Origin: an uncultured Actinomycetes bacterium
GTDB taxonomy: Bacteria > Actinomycetota > UBA4738 > JBBDTT01
Assembly: GCA_963742735.1 (NCBI GenBank)
Contig: CAVUMN010000004.1
Location: 768,001-832,000, forward strand
Length of the DNA: 64,000 nucleotides
Direction of reading: 5' to 3'
Under the pieces are notes generated by a model that had not been told where the DNA came from, did not search any database, and worked only from the letters and a program-made list of their open reading frames with translations. Below are positions 58,652 to 64,000 of the stretch, piece after piece (within the stretch, counting starts at the first letter, position 1; each line of letters begins with the position of its first letter). A program made the translations under genes and the position numbers.

Positions 58652-59067
58652 CCGATCCGGCCGCGAAGTCGCCGCGCCCGGTCCCGTACCCCGACGACGC
58701 GTCGGAGGGGTTCTGGGAGGCCTGCGCGCGCCACGAGCTGGTCATCCAGAAATGCTCCGAGTGCGGGACGTTCCGGTACCCGCCGCGGCCGATGTGCCCG
58801 TCGTGCAGCTCGATGGAGTACGGCTCCGAGCCGGCGAGCGGGCGGGCGAAGGTGTGGTCGTGGGTGATCGCCCACCCGCCCGTCCTTCCGGCGTTCGCCG
58901 ACCGGGTGCCGTACAACGTGGTCGTGGTGGAGCTCGAGGAGGGCGTCCGGATGGTCGGCAACGCGGTGGAGTGCGACAACGAGGACCTGCACGACGGGAT
59001 GGCCGTCGAGGTCGCGTGGGACGACGTCGAGGACGGCGTCTCGATCCCGGTGTGGAGGCCCGCGTGA
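58648..59067 (+). CDS. Zn-ribbon/OB-fold protein (DUF35, ChsH2-like)
   Basis: FWEAC, CSECG..YPPRPMCPSC and VELEEGVRM. Confidence 0.9.
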   Translation: MTDPAAKSPRPVPYPDDASEGFWEACARHELVIQKCSECGTFRYPPRPMCPSCSSMEYGSEPASGRAKVWSWVIAHPPVLPAFADRVPYNVVVVELEEGVRMVGNAVECDNEDLHDGMAVEVAWDDVEDGVSIPVWRPA

Positions 59068-61145
59068 GCGCTTCGCAGGAGCCCCTCGACCTCCACCGGT
59101 TCTTCCACCCGAAGTCGATCGCGCTGATCGGGGCGACCGACGACAAGCGCCGCGCGGGCTACGCGCTGTTCCTGAAGGTCCGCGAGCGGGGCGAGCGGGA
59201 GGGCACGGTCGTCTACCCCGTGAACCCGCGGCTCGAGGAGCTCGACGGGGTGAAGTGCTACCCGAGCCTGGCCGAGGTGCCGGGCGAGGTCGACGTCGCG
59301 GTGATCATGATCGGCGACGCCGAGCGGGGGCTGCGCGACGCCGTCGCCAAGGGCGCGGCGTTCGCGATCATCTTCACGGCCGGGTTCGCCGAGATGGGCG
59401 AGGCGGGCGCGGCCAAGGAGCGCGAGCTGGCCGAGATCGCCCGCGAGGGCGGCGTCCGCCTGTTCGGCCCGAACACCAACCTCAACGCGTTCGAGACGTT
59501 CCCGGAGACCGACGAGCGCAAGCTGGCCCTGGTCACCCAGTCGGGCCACCAGGGGCGGCCGATCGCGCAGGGGACCGACCTGGGGATCGGCGTCGCCTAC
59601 TGGGCGCCGACCGGCAACGAGGCCGACCTGGAGTTCGCCGACTTCGTCGAGTACTTCGTCGACCAGCCCGAGGTCGCCGTGGTCGCCGCGTACATCGAGG
59701 GGTTCAAGTCGATCCCGCGGTTCCGCGAGGCGGCCGACAGGGCCATGGCCGCCGGGAAGCCGCTGGTGATCGTGAAGGTCGGTCGCAGCGAGCCGGGCCA
59801 GCGGATGGCCCTCGCCCACACCGGCCACATGACCGGCTCGGACCAGGTGACCGACGCCTTCTTCGACCAGTACGGGGTGATCCGCGTCGACGACCTGGAC
59901 GAGCTTCTGGAGACCTCGGCGCTGTTCACGCGGACGAAGGAGCCGGAGGGCGACGGGCTCGGGATCTACGCGATCTCCGGCGGGACCGGCGCGCTCATGG
60001 CCGACCTGGCCGGCTGGGCCGGGCTGCGGATCCCGGCCCTCACCGAGGAGACCCAGGCCCAGCTCCGCGAGCTGATCCCCGAGTACCTCACGGTCGCGAA
60101 CCCGGTCGACAACGGCGCGCAGACCGTGAAGGGCGGCATGAACAAGCGGCTGATGGACATCACCCTGGCCGACCCGAACGTCGGGGTCCTGGTGTGTCCG
60201 ATCACCGGCGTGCTGCCCTCGATGTCGAAGATCGTCACGACCGACATCGTCGAGTCGTACCGCGACAACGAGAAGCCGGTGATCGTGATCTGGGGTTCGC
60301 CGGTGGTCGACGACGAGGGCTACCGGATCCTGGTCGAGGGCAACGTCCCGATGTTCCGCTCGTTCCGCGCCTGCGCGATCGGGCTCAAGCGGTACCTGGG
60401 CTACTGGGAGAAGCGGAAGGCCCACGAGGTCCACGAGGTCGCCGAGCCGAACGTCCCCGCGGCGCTGGCCGAGGTGCTCGCGGGAGACGGCGCGCTGTCC
60501 GAGCTCGAGTCGGCGCAGGTGGCGGCGGCGTACGGGATCCCGGTGGCCGGCTCGACCCTGGTGGGCAGCGCCGACGCCGCGGTCCAGGCCGCAGCCGACG
60601 CCGGCTACCCGGTGGTCCTCAAGGCCTGCGGCCGGGGGATCCTCCACAAGTCCGACGCGGGGCTCGTGCGGCTCGGGCTGACCGACGATCCGGCGGTTCG
60701 CGCCGCGTACGAGGAGCTCGCCGGGGCCGGCCGGGCCGCCGCGGGCGAGGACGGCTTCGACGGCGTCCTGGTGCAGGAGATGGTGGCCGGCGGCGAGGAG
60801 GTCATCGTCGGCGTCAGCCGGGACCCGCAGTACGGACCGGTGGTGCTGTTCGGCCTCGGCGGCGTCTTCACCGAGGTCATTCAGGACGTCGCGCTTCGGG
60901 TCGCGCCGCTCACCCGCCGCGACGCCCACGAGATGATCCGCCAGATCAAGGGCTTCCCGGTCCTCGACGGCGCCCGCGGCCGTCCCAGGGCCGACGTCGC
61001 CGCCCTCGAGGACCTCATCCTCAACGTCTCGCGTATGGCGATGGACCTCCGCGAACGCGTCCAGGAGCTCGACCTGAACCCCGTCCGCGTCCGCCCCGAG
61101 GGCATGGGCGTCGTCGCCCTCGACGCCCTGGTCGTCCGGAGGTAG
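59064..61145 (+). CDS. ADP-forming acyl-CoA synthetase (acetate--CoA ligase family, fused alpha/beta)
   Basis: PKSIALIGA, YPVNP, GPN, QSG, GNEAD, phospho-His motif AHTG, NPVD, HKSDAG and ELDLNP. Confidence 0.92.
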   Translation: MSASQEPLDLHRFFHPKSIALIGATDDKRRAGYALFLKVRERGEREGTVVYPVNPRLEELDGVKCYPSLAEVPGEVDVAVIMIGDAERGLRDAVAKGAAFAIIFTAGFAEMGEAGAAKERELAEIAREGGVRLFGPNTNLNAFETFPETDERKLALVTQSGHQGRPIAQGTDLGIGVAYWAPTGNEADLEFADFVEYFVDQPEVAVVAAYIEGFKSIPRFREAADRAMAAGKPLVIVKVGRSEPGQRMALAHTGHMTGSDQVTDAFFDQYGVIRVDDLDELLETSALFTRTKEPEGDGLGIYAISGGTGALMADLAGWAGLRIPALTEETQAQLRELIPEYLTVANPVDNGAQTVKGGMNKRLMDITLADPNVGVLVCPITGVLPSMSKIVTTDIVESYRDNEKPVIVIWGSPVVDDEGYRILVEGNVPMFRSFRACAIGLKRYLGYWEKRKAHEVHEVAEPNVPAALAEVLAGDGALSELESAQVAAAYGIPVAGSTLVGSADAAVQAAADAGYPVVLKACGRGILHKSDAGLVRLGLTDDPAVRAAYEELAGAGRAAAGEDGFDGVLVQEMVAGGEEVIVGVSRDPQYGPVVLFGLGGVFTEVIQDVALRVAPLTRRDAHEMIRQIKGFPVLDGARGRPRADVAALEDLILNVSRMAMDLRERVQELDLNPVRVRPEGMGVVALDALVVRR

Positions 61146-61147
61146 CC

Positions 61148-61489
61148 GTGCTGGGCGGGTACGTCGCCGCCGCGCTCCTCACCCTCTCCGGGCTTGCCGG
61201 CGTCCTGATCCCCGACCGCGTCGCGACCGCGCTCCTGACGCGATTCGAGGGCGCGCGGGGACGCCTCGAGTTCCGAGTCGCCTACGCGACGTTCGTGGGG
61301 CTCGGGGCCTGGGCGCTGGCGGTGGGTGACCGCGAGGTCTTCATCGGCATCGGCTTCCTCTGGTTCGCAGCGGCCGCCGTTCGACTCGCCTTCACGGTGG
61401 TGGACCGCCCGAAGATCGACACGACGTACTGGGCGTACCTCGCACTCGAGCTCGGCCTCGGCGCCGCCGGCGTCTTCGGCTCCGGCTAG
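61148..61489 (+). CDS. Small membrane protein (about 4 TM)
   Basis: Hydrophobic 113-aa ORF with G..EFR..Y and AAVRL...VD, resembling DUF4345-like proteins. Confidence 0.65.
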   Translation: MLGGYVAAALLTLSGLAGVLIPDRVATALLTRFEGARGRLEFRVAYATFVGLGAWALAVGDREVFIGIGFLWFAAAAVRLAFTVVDRPKIDTTYWAYLALELGLGAAGVFGSG

Positions 61490-62646
61490 CCCCGAGGGAG
61501 GCCGAGGGCTCGCTCGGCGAGGATGTTCTTCTGCACCTCCGTGGTGCCGGCGCCGATGGTGGTCATGCGCATGAACAGCTCGTCGCGGGCCCAGCGGCCG
61601 TCGTCGGTGGCACGCGGGTCCCCGCGGAGGCGAAGACCGTCCGCGCCCAGTCCCTCCATAGACAGCTCGGCGAGGTCCTGCGAGGCGGTGGACCACAGCA
61701 GCTTGCCGAGCGAGACCTCGGGCCACGGCGGCTCACCCCGGGTGGCCTTGGTCACCGCGCGGAGGGCGATCAGCCGGATGATCTCGATGTCGGTGGCCAG
61801 CTTGGCGAGGTGCTGGTCCATCACCCGGCGCGCGACCGGGTCCGACGGCCACATCTCGGGTCGGGCCATCAGCGCGTCCAGGCGCTGGCGCAGCTGCACC
61901 CCATAGGTCACGGTCCCCACGCGCTCGTGGGTGAGCGTCGACATGGCGACGCGCCACCCGGCGCCCTCGTCGCCGACGCGGTCGGCCGCCGGGACGCGGA
62001 CGCCGCTGAAGAACACCTCGTCGAACTCCTCGCCGCCGGCCATGTCCCGGATCGGCCGGGCGTCGACTCCGTCGGCGTGCATGTCCACGACGATCAACGT
62101 CAGGCCTTCGTGCCGGGGACCCGGCTCCCCGGTCCTGCAGAGCAGGAAACACCGGTCGGCGCGGTGGGCGTTGGAGGTCCACACCTTCTGGCCGTTGACG
62201 ACGTAGTCGTCGCCGTCGGGGACGGCGCGGGTCTGCAGCGCCGCCAGGTCGCTCCCCGCGGCGGGCTCGCTGAACCCCTGGCACCAGATCTCGTCCGCGG
62301 AGAGCATCCCCGGGAGCCACCGGCGCTTCTGCTCGTCGGTGCCGTGCTCCAGCAGGGTCGGCCCGATGTTCCACACGCCGATCGCGTTGACGATCGTCGG
62401 CGCCGAGGCCAGGGCGAGCTCCTCCTGGTAGACGACGAGCTGCCCGATGGTGGCGTCCCGGCCCCCCCACTCGGCCGGCCAGCCCGGGGCGGCCCAACCG
62501 TCGCGGTGCATCGTGGCTTGCCACGCGCGGCGGAACGCGAAGGCCTCGTCGGGATCGCGGGGGGTCTCACCGGGATGGTTCGCCCCGAGCCACTCGCGAA
62601 CGAGCGAACGGAGCTCGGCGTCCGCCGGCGCGTCGTCGAAGTTCAC
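61486..62646 (-). CDS. Acyl-CoA dehydrogenase (FadE-type)
   Basis: WCQGFSEPAAGSDLA, NGQKVWTS, FDEVFF, L.HER and TIGAGTTEVQKN. Confidence 0.93.
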   Translation of the reverse strand: MNFDDAPADAELRSLVREWLGANHPGETPRDPDEAFAFRRAWQATMHRDGWAAPGWPAEWGGRDATIGQLVVYQEELALASAPTIVNAIGVWNIGPTLLEHGTDEQKRRWLPGMLSADEIWCQGFSEPAAGSDLAALQTRAVPDGDDYVVNGQKVWTSNAHRADRCFLLCRTGEPGPRHEGLTLIVVDMHADGVDARPIRDMAGGEEFDEVFFSGVRVPAADRVGDEGAGWRVAMSTLTHERVGTVTYGVQLRQRLDALMARPEMWPSDPVARRVMDQHLAKLATDIEIIRLIALRAVTKATRGEPPWPEVSLGKLLWSTASQDLAELSMEGLGADGLRLRGDPRATDDGRWARDELFMRMTTIGAGTTEVQKNILAERALGLPRG

Positions 62647-63902
62647 GCGGGCCTCCGGTCGACCATACGGCCGGCGTCCTCGCCGACCGTTCCGGCGGGG
62701 ACCGCGACGACCTCCGTTCGCACACGGACGGTCCCCTTCAGCCGGTCGGCCAGCCGCTCACGTGCGGCCTCGTCGAGGCGGCCCTCGACCTCGACCGCGA
62801 ACCGATCGAGGCCCTTCGCGTCGTGATCCACGATCGCCCGCCAGACCGGGGCGTCGCCGTCGCGCTCCAGCGCCTCCGCGACCTGCTCCGGGTAGACGAA
62901 CATCCCTCGCACCTTTCTCGCCTCGTCGATCCGGCCCATGAAGCGGAACCGCTGGGCCGTGCGCCCGCAGGCACACGGCTCGTCCACGAGCATCCCCCGG
63001 TCGCCGTTGCAGAAGCGCAGGAGCGGCCGGTAGGGGTTGTACACGGTTGCGGTGACCGCGCCCGGCTCGCCGCTCGGCAGCGGGTCGCCCGAGGACGGGT
63101 CGGTGATCTCCAGGATCATCATCTCGGGCACGTGCATGCCGTCGGCCGCCCAGCACTCGAAGCAGGGGAGGAGCCCGTCGGCCGAGCCGTAGAGCTGACG
63201 GACCATGGCACCCGTCGCGTTCTCCAGGGCCGCCCGCCGCCCCTCCGTGAGCGTCTCGGCGGTGGTCAGCGCCGCCGCCAGCGAGAACTCGCGTGACGGG
63301 TCAACCCCGAGCTCCACGGCCTTGGCCACGATGATCTGCAGGAACGAGGGCGTGCCCAGGTAGCCGGTGACGGCCACGTCGCGAAGGATCTGGACCTGCA
63401 GGTCCGTGTTCCCAGTGCCCGCCGGGATCACGGCGCACCCGAAGGCCCCCATCGCCTCGTCGAACATGATCCCGGCCGGCGTCAGGTGGTACGTGAACGT
63501 GTTCAGCACGATGTCGTCGGGGCGCAGCCCGATCGCGAAGAACACCTTGAGCAGCGGGTTCATCGACTGCGGGATCTCGCCGTAGGCGTAGAACTGCGGG
63601 CCGGGCGAGACGAAGATCCTGCGGGCCTCGCCGTACGGGACGGTCATGAACGACTCGCCCAGCTCCCCGGTCGTCTCGGCCTTGCGCGTGACCGGGATCC
63701 TCGCCAGGTCGTCGAGCGTCCGCACGCCGTCCGGCGTCAGGCCGGCCTGGTCGAGCTTCGCGCGATACGTCGGTGAGCCCTCGTAGCAGTAGGGCACGAT
63801 CGTGGCGAGCAGCCCTTCCTGCAGGGAGCGGATCTCCTCGCGGGGACGGGTCTCGGCGGCCTCGTCGTAGAACCCCCGGAGCCGGCCCGGGTCGCGGGTC
63901 AT
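62643..63902 (-). CDS. Phenylacetate--CoA ligase family protein
   Basis: IFVSPGP, YHLTPAG, GTGNT, GTPSFL, YGSAD, LLRF..GD, CACGRT and KVRGMFVYP. Confidence 0.9.
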   Translation of the reverse strand: MTRDPGRLRGFYDEAAETRPREEIRSLQEGLLATIVPYCYEGSPTYRAKLDQAGLTPDGVRTLDDLARIPVTRKAETTGELGESFMTVPYGEARRIFVSPGPQFYAYGEIPQSMNPLLKVFFAIGLRPDDIVLNTFTYHLTPAGIMFDEAMGAFGCAVIPAGTGNTDLQVQILRDVAVTGYLGTPSFLQIIVAKAVELGVDPSREFSLAAALTTAETLTEGRRAALENATGAMVRQLYGSADGLLPCFECWAADGMHVPEMMILEITDPSSGDPLPSGEPGAVTATVYNPYRPLLRFCNGDRGMLVDEPCACGRTAQRFRFMGRIDEARKVRGMFVYPEQVAEALERDGDAPVWRAIVDHDAKGLDRFAVEVEGRLDEAARERLADRLKGTVRVRTEVVAVPAGTVGEDAGRMVDRRPA

Positions 63903-64000
63903 GTCAGGTCTTGGGTCCGGTAGAACTGAAAGACCTGCGAGAAGAACTGCTGGGTCTCCTCCGGAAGCTCGGCCGGGCCCCCGAGCATCTGGGTGTACAG
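63899..64000 (-). CDS. 3' end of a CDS entering from beyond the window (possibly class II aldolase)
   Basis: LYTQMLGGPAELPEETQQFFSQVFQFYRTQDLT-stop with an ATGA overlap onto the next gene. The product call is weak. Confidence 0.5.
   Translation of the reverse strand: MYTQMLGGPAELPEETQQFFSQVFQFYRTQDLT

Overview
High-GC (roughly 70%+, estimated by eye), gene-dense bacterial DNA. The gene content and apparent leaderless TANNNT promoters point to Actinomycetota, probably an Acidimicrobiia-like lineage (inference). There are about 55 CDSs: two ABC transporter loci, a mobA-fdhD/FdhF-YdeP molybdoenzyme locus, DNA ligase LigB, a class III cyclase-ATPase, many secreted hydrolases and beta-propellers, and many lipid/acyl-CoA enzymes, plus an orphan tRNA-Sec (selC). 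Three things stand out. (1) A tandem pair of diverged ~110-bp units at 33077-33325, each a minus-strand promoter directly followed by a covarying 15-bp hairpin (candidate small-RNA or micropeptide genes). (2) A 1.8-kb decayed conjugative-element insertion at 49901-51712, bounded by a 7-bp direct repeat whose removal restores a CTAG convergent-stop overlap. (3) An operon combining a ceramide-synthase-like tandem GNAT, an extended SDR, a KARI-like enzyme, a ThDP enzyme, a CrtI-like oxidoreductase and a CruF-like protein, with no serine palmitoyltransferase in the window. Two segments (about 1-2215 and 39900-42800) are dense with single-base frameshifts, most likely read or assembly errors. All family calls come from motif recognition by eye; no database searches were run.
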